DNA of 64,000 nucleotides, taken from Eledone cirrhosa (lineage: Eukaryota). The stretch is from contig OZ024755.1 in NCBI GenBank assembly GCA_964016885.1, positions 11,222,001-11,286,000 of the forward strand, written 5' to 3'. Shown in pieces: positions 15,470 through 30,915 of this stretch; positions within the stretch are counted from its first letter, which is position 1, and the number at the start of each line of letters is the position of its first letter. Both the position numbers and the translations under genes were made by a program. The notes under the pieces were generated by a model that made no database searches, had not been told where the DNA came from, and saw nothing but the letters and a program-made list of their open reading frames with translations.

Positions 15470-15645
15470 TTTGGATTGACAGTATCAGTAGAGGGTCGGA
15501 CGCCATGCTTTCCAGCATAGTTACGTCCTTTTACGATCTGAGTTCAAATCCCGCCGAGGTTGACTTTGCCTTTCATCCTTACGCGGTCGATAAAATAAAG
15601 TACCAGTAATGCATTGGCCTTGTGCCTAAAGTAGAAACAATTATT
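15470..15645 (+). mobile_element. SINE family B
   Basis: gagttcaaatcccgccgaggtt...gcctttcatccttac..ggtcgataaaataaagtaccag; other copies at 18200, 18905, 26830-27210, 49005-49630. Confidence 0.85.
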
Positions 15646-16130
15646 ACTATATGTGTGGGGTGTGGTGTGTATGTGTGTATGTGTGTTTGTTACTACATTA
15701 TCCTCATTTGGCCTCCGTCATTGTTTTCTCATTTTGTTGATTGTTATCACGTCAAGTTGATTTGAGTTAACTTTTCGTGATATCTGATATCTGTTAAAAT
15801 TTCTTTCATCTTTTCGAATCCAATACTGGGGTCCATACTACCTCTCTCTCTGGTTTTTAAGTAAATATATACAATTTACAATAAAATGTTTTGTATGGTT
15901 TCAGGTGGTTTGGTATCAAAACGGTTAAAAATCAAAATTATGTATTGAGTCAATATGAATAATTACTTCAATACTAATTATATATTTGCATATTGAAAAC
16001 ATTTCCTTCGGAAATTGTCTTCTAAGCCTCGAGTAAACGTAGGAAATCGCGAGTCTTTGGTCAACCGTACTGCTTAAAATAACAGCCAAATTTTCTTATA
16101 TCATAGGCTATTGTCTCAAGAAATGAACAT

Positions 16131-16215
16131 ATGAGCATCGGCTGAGAAGTTTATAGGCTGACCAAGAGACTCTCATGGAATGACCAAGTGAGGTTTATAT
16201 TTCAACACAGTCACG
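16131..16215 (+). mobile_element. Mariner-like terminal fragment
   Basis: tatgagcatcggctgagaagtttatagg...ttcaacacagtc resembles a mariner TIR-proximal sequence; no partner end seen. Confidence 0.4.
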
Positions 16216-17989
16216 GGCTTCAGTACAGTTTCCATCTGCCCAATGCTTACTTACAAGGCTTGGGTCGAACAGAGCTATGGTGAAGTCCCCTGTACATAAT
16301 TGTTTCTACTTTTAGCCCAAGGACGGTTTTACGGATGCGCTTTACCGTTATTTGATCAACAAAGCAGAGTGCTTGTGAAGTTTACGTGTACGTGGGTGAG
16401 CCTTCCGTGAATTACAGTCAATGACACTTGCTCTAGATGCTACACTTTGGGATCAAATCCAGGATATAATGATGTCTTAACCATTCGATCAGGCTGTGTC
16501 CACATATACTCAGATACACTTAAGCTATTACATAGATTTAACTGTTTATCTAAATATGCGTGTGAGAATATTTGTTCGCGGTCTGTTGTGTAACTATATC
16601 ATAAAATATTTATTTTTAGTCGAGAAATTACCGTTCTAAAAAAAATCTATTGTGACAATGCCAACAAAGTGAGTTAAAGTTAGTGGAAGGATTAAAGAAG
16701 ATTAAAAGATTAAAACTATCGATTTGGTTGCATCTATTGACAAAGTGCAAAGGGACGTCGATTTTAATCTTGAATTTCATGTAATCTGATAATCAATACA
16801 TATATATAAATATAGATAGAGAGATACACAGGACCACACATATATATTGGCCAAATATTTACACATAAACTAGATATCATACGCATATAGGAAAATATCT
16901 GTATATATTCAACATATAGACATATGTATATATACTTTTCATTATATATATATATATATTATATATATATATATATTATATATATATATATATTTCCTTC
17001 CCCCCTCTCTCCTTTGTCCTTCTACCCCAGCTCTTCTCCTTTGTCGGCGTCTTTTCTCGCCCACCCGAGGCTGCCCTTTGGCCCCATGTAGCCTTAGTAC
17101 CCCCACTCCCCCCTCCCCTAGTCTTTGATAGATTTGGCGGACTCCGCCCTTTATAGCAGTTGGCTTAGACCCCGGATACTTGCCCCCCTTTTCCGACCGC
17201 TCCCACTATTCTCTGTGCCCTCTATATTTCTTAGTGGCACTTATGCCTTATTTTTTCGTTTCAGTATTTCTTGCTTCGCTTTTCTTCTGGGCGGGGTGGA
17301 TTCTGAACTTATTTCTCCGTATTCTACCTTTATTTCGTACGAACTTTCATGTAGCTTGTTTTAGATCTTTTAGAGTTAGCATTAGTATATATTTTTCCCG
17401 GGACTCAGAATTATTATGTCGTACAAGTTCACTTTGCTGCACTGGGTCGTTGCTGGCCCGGGATGGAAACCTTTATTGTTTATTTCGTGGTAGTCTCTTT
17501 AGTATTTTGGCCCCTTTTGTTGACCAGTCACCGTATCATTTACGTACTTATACCTCTTAAAAGGGTCCTTGCCTAATTCGTCCCACCTAGTTCTTTTACT
17601 TATTTCCTTATTTATTTATTTATTTATTTATTTACTTCTTTCTTTCTTTCTTTATTTTATTCTCGCCTAACAATAGCCTGACACCTAGGTCGTAGAATTT
17701 AATTTTTTCTTTACACTTATTTGCTTTTCTTCACTCTCAGTATTTTTTCTTTCCTATTTTTACCCCCCATTGTTCTACCTACCGTTCCGACTTCCTCCCC
17801 CTCCCCCTCCCCTGTATCTTCTTTGACCTCATGCCCAGCTGTAGCTGGCACTACCAACGCTTGATTGGGTCTACTCCACCCCCTCCCCTCTTTCTCCTAC
17901 TGGCAGGTTTAGCCACCATCTCCCCTACTAATTTGCAACCACAGAATTACTACTGATTTTTGACAATCACTTTGACCATATATGGAATT

Positions 17990-18176
17990 ACCCCTTGAGA
18001 AGATCGGCTATTTAAATACCAGGATAAATGTTCATTTAGTCCAGAATTAGCCGTCGAAACGGCTTGAGCTCAGCTGTCGGGGTCTTACTGGTTCCTATTA
18101 CCCACTCTACTACCTCAAGTATTGAGTACTTTGGTGCGTTATGGTCCACCTGGTTCCTTACCACATTTCCTTCGTT
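17990..18176 (+). mobile_element. Penelope-like end with degenerate-core hammerhead
   Basis: cccc-TTGAGAA-gatcggcta...tagccgtc-GAAA-cggc ttgagctca gctg-TC-gggg; the downstream 95 bp match 31600-31686; ends in (TA)n. Confidence 0.6.
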
Positions 18177-18551
18177 ATATATATATATATATATATAAAG
18201 GGCGATGGATTTGCAGTATCGGTAGAGCACCAGTCACCATGCTTCGTGGCATAGAGTTACGGCCATTTACGTTCTGATTTCACGTCCCACCGAGGTTAGC
18301 TTTGCTTTTCACCAGTACGGAGTCTATAAAATAGAGTACCAGTAACGCACTGGGATCGATTTAATCAATTTTCCCCTCCGCTAACATTCATACAGGTCCA
18401 AGAATGAGTGTGTAGTCGGGAGCTTAGATGCGCAACCACGTGGATTTAGCTTCAGTTCCCCTGCCTCGTGCCTTGGCTGTGTTCTAATACAGCTTCGGTT
18501 TGATAAATACGTGAATGAAATTTGATAGACGGAAGCTATTTGGAAGCCCGT

Positions 18552-18603
<52 letters not shown>

Positions 18604-20287
18604 GTATGTGTGTATGTGTTTGTGTGTGTATATAAAAGTGTTTACATTTAATGTTTTTTTTTTGTATTCTGTTAAGTTGGCAATTCGACAAAGACAAGTC
18701 GGTAAATTATGTACCTGATCTGAAAATATCTAGCCGATTATATCGATCAGGATCGATATGACCGACTAAATCCCCTCAAGGTGATACTGAAGCATGGCTG
18801 TCGTCTAATGATTAAAAATGTAATAATGATAATTATTATTATTATTATCATTATTATTATCATTATTATTATCATTATTATTATTATCATCATCATCGTT
18901 ATTATTCATCCTTACGGAGTTGTTAAGATAAAAGTACCAGTAATACACTGGTGTCGATTTTATTGACTTCTCCACCCCTTCAAATTGTTGGTCATGTACC
19001 AACTGTAAAGACTATTATTGTTATTTATTAACCTCAAGAAACCAGTGATCGTTATATACATAGGTGCTCCAGTATATGTGGGGTTGATCAGACATGATTA
19101 TATAAAGCATGATAGAAGTAAAGACCTTGTACAATAGACGGGTTAATAAGTAAGTGTAAAGACATTATAAAACACGATAATTAATACACATTATATGATA
19201 GTGAAAGCGCGTGATTCAGTGGTTAGAGCAATGGGCTTGCGATTGAGAGGTTGTGAGTTCGAGAGAGAACGCATGGCAATGAGCACGGCAGATAGACAGA
19301 GTGTGTTACTATATATATTGCCATAAAACTGGTTGAGTTAGAACTATTTACAATATAGAATCTCAATATTCGTAGCCAACATCCATACAATAGCAAATTG
19401 TTTGGTATTTGATTGTCAGAGATACTACATGGCACGGAAAGGTTGGTCATCTAAATATGTTGTAAAAGTTTATTTCTTACTTAATAATATAAAATCTCGA
19501 CTCAGGTACATATAATTGGCTGAACACATGAAAATGAAAATGTCACCTTGGGAATTAAATGTTGTAGGACTGGAATAGTCAATCATTTACATAGCAATCC
19601 ATAAGCTGGACGTTCATTTGATCAAACATCTAAGTACTCATCATCAAAACCGACCAAAGAACCATCTCAGAAGAGAATGTTTTTGTTGTTTCTCGATTTT
19701 AATTTTTTTTTTATTTATTAAATGTCAGAGCAACAGGTTAAGTATCACGGTATTTGTTTCGGCTCACTCCACTCAGAGTTCAAATCTAACTTTGCCCGTC
19801 ATCCTTTTCAGGATGATGAAAAAACTACCAACCCAAGGGCGACGGACTGGGAAAGGTATTACAAAGTCGGTACCTAATTCGCCGCTTTATGTTCCCTCTC
19901 CTTTTACAAGGGATTGCGACTGGGAGATACTATCAATAATAGAAAGAATAATTTATTTCCTTGGTCCAAACCGAAGATAATCTCCTTGTTTTTTTATTTA
20001 TCATCTTGAAATTCATCTCTTTTTGAACTGTGCAAATATATAAAGTAATATAGATCTGACAACATTTCAAATGAGATATAAAAAATTAAAATGATGGTCG
20101 CTCTAATTGCCTCAATGTCAGTACAAGCAGTTTTGTTGCTGGATACGAATGATTTCGGAAGCTTACATCAAACGGTACAGTCAATAAGTTGAGGTTGTTC
20201 GGATTTTTAATAAAGTGCGTTATTTTCTTTATCTGCATGTCTTAAACCCTCTCTTTTTACCTCTTCTTATCTCTCTATCGATATGAA

Positions 20288-20357
<70 letters not shown>

Positions 20358-20847
20358 TTCCCTCACCATATTTCTATCACTTCTTTCCGCCTCTCCTTTA
20401 CACACTTTCACTCTTCCCCACCGTCTCTCTCTCTCTCTCTATGTCCCTCAACTTACATCAAACCATCTTTTGATCTATGAATCACGCATATTCTTCGTTA
20501 ACTGAACAATCGGCTTCGTTTATCAGGGAGCATGTGTTCGCCCTTGCATGTATATATGTGCACTGATATGTGCACCAATGTATGCCATCTTACAAGTGTG
20601 TATCTATGTACAAGTGCGTATATTTATGAGTTCATAAACGTATTGTATGTTGTGAATCTGACATCCTTAGTTTATAGTATTCTATGTGTGTATGTATCAT
20701 AGAACTATGGGTATACAATATAAGCATATAACACATACACAGTTTCTATACATGTGTGTATGTATGTGTACGTGTGTGTGTATAGATGTTCCTCTGTATA
20801 AACAGGTTTCTTTGTGCGAAAATATTAGAAAGTTATTTTTCTAATGC

Positions 20848-21300
20848 TATATATATATATATATAATATATATATATATAATATATATAATATATATAAT
20901 ATATATATAATATATATATATATAATATATATAATATATATATATATAATATATATATAATATATATAATATATATAATATATAATATATATAATATATA
21001 TATAATATATATAATATATATAATATATATATAATATATATAATATATATATAATATATATAATATATATATAATATATATAATATATATAATATATATA
21101 TAATATATATAATATATATATATATATATATAATATATATATAATATATATATATAATATATATATAATATATATATATAATATATATAATATATATATA
21201 ATATATATATAATATATATATATATAATATATATAATATATATAATATATATATAATATATATATAATATATATATATATAATATATATAATATATATAT

Positions 21301-21341
<41 letters not shown>
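20848..21341. repeat. (TA)n array with TAA interruptions
   Basis: Direct reading; similar array at 33895-34325. Confidence 0.95.
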
Positions 21342-21344
<3 letters not shown>

Positions 21345-24300
21345 AATTGTCTGTATGCGTACGTACTTATGTATATATACATAAATCGGAAAACAAGGAG
21401 AATATATATTGGTTTGTGTTTGTGAATGCATACATATTTGTGTGTGTGTGTGTTTGCGCATAGCGAGAGAGATAAAATGGGAGAGTGAAGATAAAAGAGA
21501 AAGGGTGTAAAGGAGTCAAACATATCCACTCATATATAGAGACATGCATGCGCACGCACGCGTTCACTGAGAAACCCTCCTTTTATCTATGATGAGACAG
21601 AACAACTTAGCACTTCTCTGGAAGTTTCTCTTGAATATGTATGACCTCATATCATGAAATAGGCATGCCGCAATAGTAATATGCCCAAGCAATGATGCTT
21701 CTACGCAGTCTCTGAATCTGTTATTAAATAGCAATGTAAAAATATATAATTTTGAATGGAGAGGAATATCAGAAAGTAAAAGGGTGTTACGCAATGCTTC
21801 AAGGCACATCATTCCACGCCCAGTATTACATGTGTGTCAATTATGTTCAACTCGAATTGTTTGAATATGCGGATGGTTTCCTTCCTGACTGCAACCATTG
21901 TGAAAATATTCGCATTTCATTAGAGTAGTTTATCTACAAGTTAGGAACTGAATTCTGCAGAGCAGAATCTCTTCTGAACTAAGTTTAAGATGTACGATCC
22001 TATCAATTCATACCCTTCTGGTCCATCGTATGATCCCATTGTCATAAGAAACAATTCCTAGGCAATAAATTTAGCTCAAATTAGTTATCACAAATTAGTT
22101 ATTGCAACTATAATAAAATAAATGTTCACAAGAGGAAATGATGAAAGGACGTTACGGGGATCGTTTACAAAATAAGTGAGATTTAAATAGAAATAGGATT
22201 TAATGAATATTTTTTATGTTTTCTCACTTAACGTTCCTTGACCTTGAACATTTTATGCAGTTTTGCAAAATACATTTGATAGTTTTTTTTATGTAATTTG
22301 ATGTATTCGCTAAACCATGAATAATATAAATACCATTAACACAAAATAGAATTATTAATTTAATTACCCTTTGAACAGGAATATTCCAAGCGTATACACT
22401 GTCCTTTACTTGTAGGTAACATCTTGAACCAACATGTTAAACTTGTTTGGTTTCAAATACAAATACTGTGGGTTGACAATCAAATCTCATGAATATAACT
22501 GACCTCAAGTTGTAAATAAAATCAACAGAAAACACTTAAATACAGTACAGATATTCAGTCGGGAAACTGACAGGAAATTCGGATAAGAAAATTGAAGAGA
22601 GGAGAATAATTAAAAGCACTAATACTGCGGTCGATAAAGGACGAGAAAGATAAGAGAATTAGAATAAACACAGACTTGTAAATACTTAGGAATTAATGAA
22701 CTAGACAGATTACAGTAGATACAAGTGAAAGTACGGGCCACAAAGGTTAAGAAAGCGCATTAGATTAATACTGGAAATAAAGTGTGAAGAATATGGTATT
22801 ACGTTATATTTATATAATGGTGTCAACTTCAAGTGAATTTGAGTGACTAAAAGATGAGTACTGAAACTTAAATCTAGTTTCAAATGAAGTGTTAGAAACT
22901 GTTTCAACTGAAACTGTATATCATATTACATAATATAACTTAAACTGTGTGAAATAACACCAATAACACTTAAACATCACGTTTGCATGTGTTGTTCCGT
23001 TATGGCTCTAGTGAACAGGATTGTGAAAATGTTGCCCCGGGGGATAGCAGCGAAAATAGACTAAAGAAGGGCAAATCTGTCAGGTGGCGCTTTTTCTTGC
23101 TTAGTTTAGGACATACTTTATGTTTTAACATAAAGTCTGTCCTAAACTCGGAGGTTCATTATGCCAGAGTTTATTTCGGTTTCATTGGTGTTAAGCTACT
23201 GGGAGTACAAACTCCAGTCATTCGTAGTGATATCCTCCACCGCTGCTTGTTATGGTACTGGATGACCGGTGCAACGTGAAATGACTCGTCTTGCTGAAAA
23301 ACAATACGCTGTGTGGTCCAGGAATCGAAGAAGCGGCCTTACGATCGTAAGTCCAATGTCCAAACAACTAAACCGCTTGCCTTCATTTCGTTAGAAAAAC
23401 TATCATACAAGATCTATGGTAGAACCAAAATACTATCAAGTAAAAATAAATAGAAGCGAGTAAATTAGCATCAACATAATAGAAAAACAAAACTCATACA
23501 ATATCTACTATAAAATTACAAACGCTATCAAGTAAAAAAAAAAAGCAAATAGAAATAGCTACAAAATATTAACAGGAAAAAAAGGATGTTTTTCCCTCTG
23601 TTCAATGTGAACAAATATAAATCAGTAGTTGGCGTAAAAGGGAGCTATAGGTAGGGGAAGAAGTAACAACAAATGAATGAATGAATTAAAATTACACTGA
23701 ATAATGGTTATGTAGATTGCCATATTAAGATTTCTTCATGAAATAACTATAAGTATAAAAAAGGAAATGAGGCGATAGTCAGATTGGTCCAAGGAAATAA
23801 TGTTTCCATTGCTGATAATATCTACCGACCGAAACCCCTGATAGAAAGAGCAACGGGAAATTAAGTATTTTACTGAAGACCACAATGTTCCCTCCGGGCC
23901 AGCATACGAAATCACGATTTTATAAACATAATTCCAACAGCCCTAACCACAAGGCTGCACACTAAAATGTCAGATTCATACATACATGCATAGATGCATA
24001 CATACATGCAGATCGACACGTCATCCATGCATGCAATCCTTCCCCATACACACAAATACACACTCATAATTGCTTAGTTGATGTCTAAATCCCTAAAGAA
24101 AGTGTATCTGTGTTAGAAACCGGCACGCTTTCTCAATTGGTGAGAAATTTTAAAAATATACCCAGAACACGCACACAAACAAACGCGTGTATTTATATAG
24201 TCTCTTTATGTATTACACACTGACGTATTCACAGCCACAATCAAACATTTCAATGAAATAATTAATTGTTTATCTTTAGGAATTTCTTCTAGTTTTAAGT

Positions 24301-24419
24301 ACGATATACACGTGTTTTATTTCCCAGTTTTAAGTGCGATATTCTTGAAGCAGAATTACAGTTTATCTTGTATCAATATTACATTATATTTCACAATATT
24401 GTGGTATATTTTATTACAT

Positions 24420-24880
24420 GTGCACATACACACATATATATGTATACACATGTATATATAGATATATGGATACATATACACACATATACACATATATATA
24501 CATACACATGTAAATATACATGTATGGCTACATATACACACATATACACATATATATACATACACATGTAAATATACATGTATGGATACATATACACACA
24601 TATACACATATATATACATACACATGTAAATATACATGTATGGATACATATACACACATATACACATACACATGTATATATACATATATGGATATATATA
24701 CACACATATACATACACACATGTATATATACATATATGGATATATATACACACATATACATACACACATGTATATATACATATATGGATATATATACACA
24801 CATATACATACACACATATATATAGAGATATATGGATACATACATATATATATACATACACATATATACACACATAGATA
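24420..24880. repeat. Higher-order minisatellite built from TA/CA units, marked by tatgga
   Basis: Recurring blocks of about 58 bp and then about 48 bp. Confidence 0.85.
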
Positions 24881-25065
24881 TTTCGGGTATGATGCAATCG
24901 TGTGTGTATATATGTGTATAAACACACACACATAAGATTGCATCATACCCGAAATCGGATATCGAACATGTTTAACAAGGAATTCCAATAAAAATGTTCA
25001 TATTTGTTTTCATTTCCTTCTATACATACATACATACATACATACATACATACATGTGTGTGTGT

Positions 25066-25117
<52 letters not shown>

Positions 25118-28100
25118 TGTAATAATCTTTCTGTGTATTAACAATCTATATGTGTATTGACAATCCAAATTCTTCTTTCATTCAATTCTCTCCTCGTTTG
25201 TTTTTCTTTCGTCAAATCCCTTCTTTTCTATTTTCCCCCACTTCAAGCTTTATTTACTTTTTAAAAATAATTGGTTTACATTATTATTTTTATTCCGAAA
25301 GCCCCACAGGATTTCGATTATGGAATATCTTATTTTGTTATTTCTCCAGATTTCTTTTTTTCCTCCTACTTCTATCTTTCTCCGTTTTATCATTTTATCT
25401 TCATATGCCAATTTACCTTAATTCTTTTGCCTCAGTTTTTTCTAGTTTGTCCATCATGTGTCCACTCATTCGTGACAAATAAAATATATGATTACTATTG
25501 TTATCAATAATATTGTGAATACACGTGGACCTAGTGGTTACAGTGCTGTGCACACAATCATATGCATGTGGGTTGGATTGCTGGACCGACTTGCGTGTAA
25601 GGTTCTTGAGTAAGACGCTTCATTTTTACGCTGTTTTTCATGATGTCATTAAAACACCAGTGAAACATCCTAAGAGGTGCTATATTGTAGAAAACCAGAT
25701 AAATATACATAGGGATGTGCTATAAAGTTCATTAAATTATTTTTTCCATGATATTATCAACCTTTAAGAATATAAACAAGCAAGGTTAGTAGAGTGGTGA
25801 TGGAAATACATTGCATTATTTTGAGTTTAAGTTCAAATCTCACCTGCTTAGATTTTTTTTCTTGTCTATTATTTCTCCAGGTCAAGAAAGGGAATCCATG
25901 TAAAACAAATCGTGGACCTGTAGAGGGATGTGCTCCACCAGGTTAAAATGCACTTACTATTCTATCGGAAGTCAAGAACGGATGAATAGTTGCAATTTTT
26001 CATCAATAATACTAATCTTGTATCTATGTGAAACATTAGCAGAAATGTTAGAAAACCGACCGTTCTAAGTTGGAATCGTATCATGTTCATTTTTGTATTT
26101 CTTCTTTCGTTGTCGGCGACATGAGTACCAGTGAAATATTGGGATCGATTAAATTGTCTTCTCACAAATCAGTGCCAAATACCTACGATTTTATCCACAG
26201 ACTATTTCCCCCACAATTTAAACACGAATTTAATTTCCCTATAACTCATCACCTCTCCCCATTTTATCATATTTACAATATTTAAACACGATTCTCAGTT
26301 TTTTTATTAAAGTAATTTAACAGAAACAATCTTTTGATAAAAATTATGGTTTGATGTGTGTGTGTGTATGCATTGTGTGTGCGTGTGCGTTTAGACGATG
26401 TGATGTATGAACAGTCTGAAAAATATTTTCTTCAGATGTTTGTCTGTGTGTATGTTTTTATATAGATTTCTGCATATGTGTATTATTGTGTTTTGTATAT
26501 GTGCAGACGTTTCTGCTCAGACGTGCATAATACTTTTATCCATAGGCTCAATACAAATAAAAAAAAAATGAAATATTTAACCTTCTTAACATCTATACCA
26601 CTGAGATTCTATACCACTGTGACTTTTAAACTGGCCTACAAAAACTATATAGCTATAGGCAACATCTTAGCATCCATCTTTGCTAATTGCTGCATCTTCC
26701 ATTTTGAAAATACCATAGAATAATGTTATTCACTCTGTAGTCCTCTAACCCCTGTTCTATTTCTATTCTACACTATTTGTGAAAAGATTGGGAAAATAAC
26801 GCAAAACAACACCATTATTAACACATATTGAGGGCGATGGATAGGCAGTATCCGTATGTGGCATAGTTACGGTGCTTTACGTTCTGAGTTCAAACCACGC
26901 CGAGGTTAGCTTTGCTTTTCATCCTTACTGGATACCAGTTATGCACTGGGGTCGATAAAATAACGTTCCAGTCGCACACTGGGTCGATTTAATCGACGTT
27001 CCCATCCCCCAAAATTACTTGTCTTGTGCCTAATCAGGGCAGTATCCGTAGAGGGTCGGACATGCTTTCCAGCATAGTTACGTCCCTTTACGATCTGATT
27101 TCAAATCCCGCTGAGGTTAACTTTGCCTTTCATCCTTACGGGATCAATAAAATAAAGTACCAGTAATGTAGTGGATAATTGCTGGCCTTGCACCAAAAGT
27201 AGAAACATTAACTCATTTTATCCCTGAATGAAGGTGGTTGACGGTGTTTACAGTGCTGGTTTTAAGTTCGATTCCCGGGCCGGGTAGCAAGTTGTTCCCT
27301 TGAGAAAAAAAATTATTCCACGTTGCTGCAGTCCACTCAGCTAGCTAGGGAAAATGCGTTGGGAAAATGAGTTGCAACGACACTGGTGACAAGGTGTGCA
27401 AAGCTCTTTGCCTTTCCCTTGAACAACATTGGTGTCTGGCAAGACGTTTTCAAGCATGGTGACTGCCGACCTTCCACAAAAGATTGTCGAAGCGTGTCCC
27501 ATTGAGAAGCAAACTCATGGTTTGTCAGTTATGACTGCATAATCAATGGCATGTTAGTATGTGTGAATATTTTAACAGTGTCGATGCAGCATGGTGAAGG
27601 GTTAAAATATTCACCTCTCAACCAGAAGTACCAAGATTCGACCCACTACGTGGCATCTTAGACAGTTGTCAATGCAAAACTTGAATGTTAAATTGAATTC
27701 TCGAAAATTATTTGGACGCCCATCAGATAGACTGTACCCGTAACTCACACCCTGTACTACCCTGACTCTGCTTCAGAATTACAATAAAGGTACACGTCGT
27801 GTATTTGAAATGTATAGTCATTTGCACACTCATTTCACGAATAGGCTGTTCTATTTATCGAATAACAGGAAAACTTATCGTCAGAACCGACGGAGATCGA
27901 ACTTCTCTTTCTAACTTACATTATTTCGGCTTTCCAGAATCAATTTCAACCAGTGTGGAATCGATAGTCAATTGTATCTTAATTAAATAAATAAGTGTTA
28001 GAATATTTTTATTTAAAATTTTCATAGTTAACTATGTGTAGAAATTACACTACAGTTCTATGCGGAGAACTAATTAACACTCTCACGAATGGGTGAGAAA

Positions 28101-28515
28101 GTAATATTCATTTAAATTGGTACACTAATGTATGCAAACAAAAGTTAAATAAATTCGTTTAGAGAAAGTGTAGCTGAATATATAGTACTGCAGTTCATAC
28201 AAACACGATATGTGGTTTACTACAACATAGCAATGTATATTGCTAAATATACATACATGGATATCATTCTACGAATATCTGCGTGTGTTTCTGTGTAAAA
28301 CTTCACACACACAACAGTTCTCGCGTCTGCACTTATATATATATATATATATATATATGCCGCCTATTCATACACGGAAATATAGGTGTGTGTGTGTGCG
28401 CGCGTGTGCGTGTGTGTGTATATACGCGTGTGTGTGTGTGTGTGTAATTAGTGTATGTTTAATTATATATATACGGGTTCGTGTGTGTGTATATATATAA
28501 ATATATGTGTGTGTT

Positions 28516-28592
<77 letters not shown>

Positions 28593-29172
28593 CGAGATAG
28601 AAAGAGAGAAAGGGATGCCAACTGATAATATATCAACCAAACGATGCATATAAATTCTCAAATTAGCTGCCATTTTTTAAGCCTTCACTGTATCAGAATT
28701 ACAACGAAATAATGTAGTAACTATAAACTTAATGACGAAAGCCCAAACATTCAAAAGTCGTTACATATTTTTCTTTCTTTTAGTTTCATCCTACTATAAA
28801 TCTTCACGACAATATGTCCTGCTAAGATAGTCTAATTATTCACCACAGTGTCCTGGAATATGCGTCGCCAAATTAGTTTCTTTGGTGCCTGGAAATAAAT
28901 ACCAAGATTGTAATCATCATAACTAGGTAATGATCCCTCGTTATAACTTTCTTTTACAACACCTCCAAATGATGTGTTTATAATTACAGAATATACAATC
29001 AATATAAACTTGTATGACAGAATTTTACAGTCATGCATCTTTAAAAAATGTATATGGTAAGCCTAACCTAATACATCTATAATGGTTTTATGATTGTTAA
29101 TGTAAATTTTACATGCATGCATACCTACCTACGCTATACATACGTATGTACGTATTGTTTTGAATACGTATT

Positions 29173-29219
<47 letters not shown>

Positions 29220-29303
29220 GCACTACATATAGACACATACTACATATATATAGAGAGAGAGAGAGACACTACATATAAATATACATGTATATGTATAAAT
29301 ATG

Positions 29304-29339
<36 letters not shown>

Positions 29340-29431
29340 ATATATAATGAAAATGTGAGATTCCCAAACGCAGAAAATAACTATAAGAGGCGATCGCTAT
29401 AAATAATAGTGAAGAGAAAAATATGAACAGA

Positions 29432-29502
29432 GGTACCTACGGAGAATCGAACCCCTATCTCTCGAATACTGTGATAGGGCGTTACGTTTACGCTAAGAGA
29501 CC
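29432..29502 (-). mobile_element. tRNA-like SINE head or pseudo-tRNA
   Basis: Reverse complement ggtctctTAGCGTAAACGtaacgc cctatc...gatagg GGTTCGATTCtcc..gtacc: A and B boxes present, non-canonical anticodon arm. Confidence 0.55.
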
Positions 29503-29609
29503 ATCTGACATATTTCTCCATCTTTCTCGAGTGTTATTTTAAAACCTTATGAATCATTGAAATGCTGGGTTATTTAAACTATATCTCGCTCTGATATATT
29601 TTTTCTTGA

Positions 29610-29830
29610 TACTATAGTGTCGAACCCATAGCCATAGAAACATTTGGCACCCTGGGTCCCCGACCTACCACCGTACTTACTGCGAATGAGATGGAGATGG
29701 CCATGTGCAAAATCAAGCCCCGCCAGTTGGTCAGGCTCTTTCAGTGCATTTCCTTTCCCCACTAACCCGGGAGTAATGCACTCGCGGTTATGTCTGCAGT
29801 GACCCTGAGGCAAAATGCCTAAGACATGAG
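29610..29830 (+). mobile_element. CRE-clade-like non-LTR retrotransposon, C-terminal fragment
   Basis: Translation EPIAIETFGTLGP...RLFQCISF...(frameshift)SNALAV matches the P.A.ET.G..G...LFQR.S...QRGNA end of CRE restriction-like endonuclease regions. Confidence 0.65.
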
Positions 29831-30419
29831 GTGGTAGTGTTGGGTAGGCTCCTTCAGTACACCTCCTCCACTATCCCCCGGGGTAACACATTCATAATTC
29901 TATTCGTTATGGCCATGAAAAAAACATATATCTGAAGTTTGGCAAACAACATGAAATTGTAATGTTTTCAATTTGATAGGTTCTTTAATTTACAGTTTTG
30001 TTTTTATCTATTAGTCGACAGAACAGATGAGACGAAGGCCACTTCCTTAGAGACTGTTTCCCAGTCACGGGATACAATCAACTTCCAATATAAAGATCAT
30101 GGTTTTGCAATTATATATCTACTAACTGGGAAAATAAAATGGGTAGACCAACGCACTTGTAAATTTAAAAAAAAAAAGAATTTTAATCTTTCCTCGTATG
30201 TCTTAAATCTTTGCAAAGGAGACTGCGGTTTATACCCAAGAGATATTGGAAATCAATGCAATGAAGGAGAAAGTGGTGTTTAATTAGAGTTAAAAGCATT
30301 GTATGTCCAAGAGGGAGTATCAACGGGAAGACAAGGGGAAAGAAAATACTTCCCTTCTAGCCTGTCAACCAAGGCATACGAAAATTGTTCTAAATTGTTC
30401 AACAAAATGAATTCCCACA

Positions 30420-30915
30420 ATAGATAGAGAGAGAAAAAGAGATAAATGCACTCAGAGAGAGACAGAGAGAAAGAGAGAGAGAGAGAAAAAGAGAAAGCGA
30501 GAGAGAAAGAGAGAGCGACAGGGAAAGAGAGAGCGAGAGAGAAAGAGATTGAGAAAGAGATTGAGTGAGAGAGAGAGAGAGAGAGAGAGAGAAAGGGAGA
30601 TGGGGATGAAAGAGAGAGGGAGATGGAGATGAAAGAGAGAGGGAGGTGGAGATGAGAGAGAGAGAGAGATAGAAATGCGAGAGAGAGAGAGAGATAGAAA
30701 TGCGAGAGAGAGAGAGATGGAGATGCGAGAGAGAGATGGAGATGAGAGAGATGGAGATGCGAGAGAGAGATGGAGATGCGGTAGAGAGATGGAGATGCGG
30801 TAGAGAGATGGAGATGCGGTAGAGAGATGGAGATGCGGTAGAGAGATGGAGATGCGGTAGAGAGATGGGGATGATGGAGATGCGAGAGATGAAGATGGAG
30901 GTGTGAGAGAGGACA
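30420..30915. repeat. Purine-rich (GA)n tract with 19-bp unit gagatggagatgcggtaga
   Basis: Direct reading. Confidence 0.9.

Noticed and set aside
17000-17990. ORFs 17125 and 17180 as a Penelope or host protein
   Set aside because: No recognisable motif in the frames I translated; probably non-coding TE sequence.
28775-29038. Minus-strand HCGE*LDYLSRTYC with insulin B-chain-like C-x11-C spacing, near a hydrophobic-start 68-aa ORF
   Set aside because: Internal stop, different frame from the putative signal peptide, no A chain found; probably chance.
29432-29502. Functional tRNA gene (also about 58470-58560 and the SINE heads)
   Set aside because: A/B boxes only; cloverleaf and anticodon arms are non-canonical.
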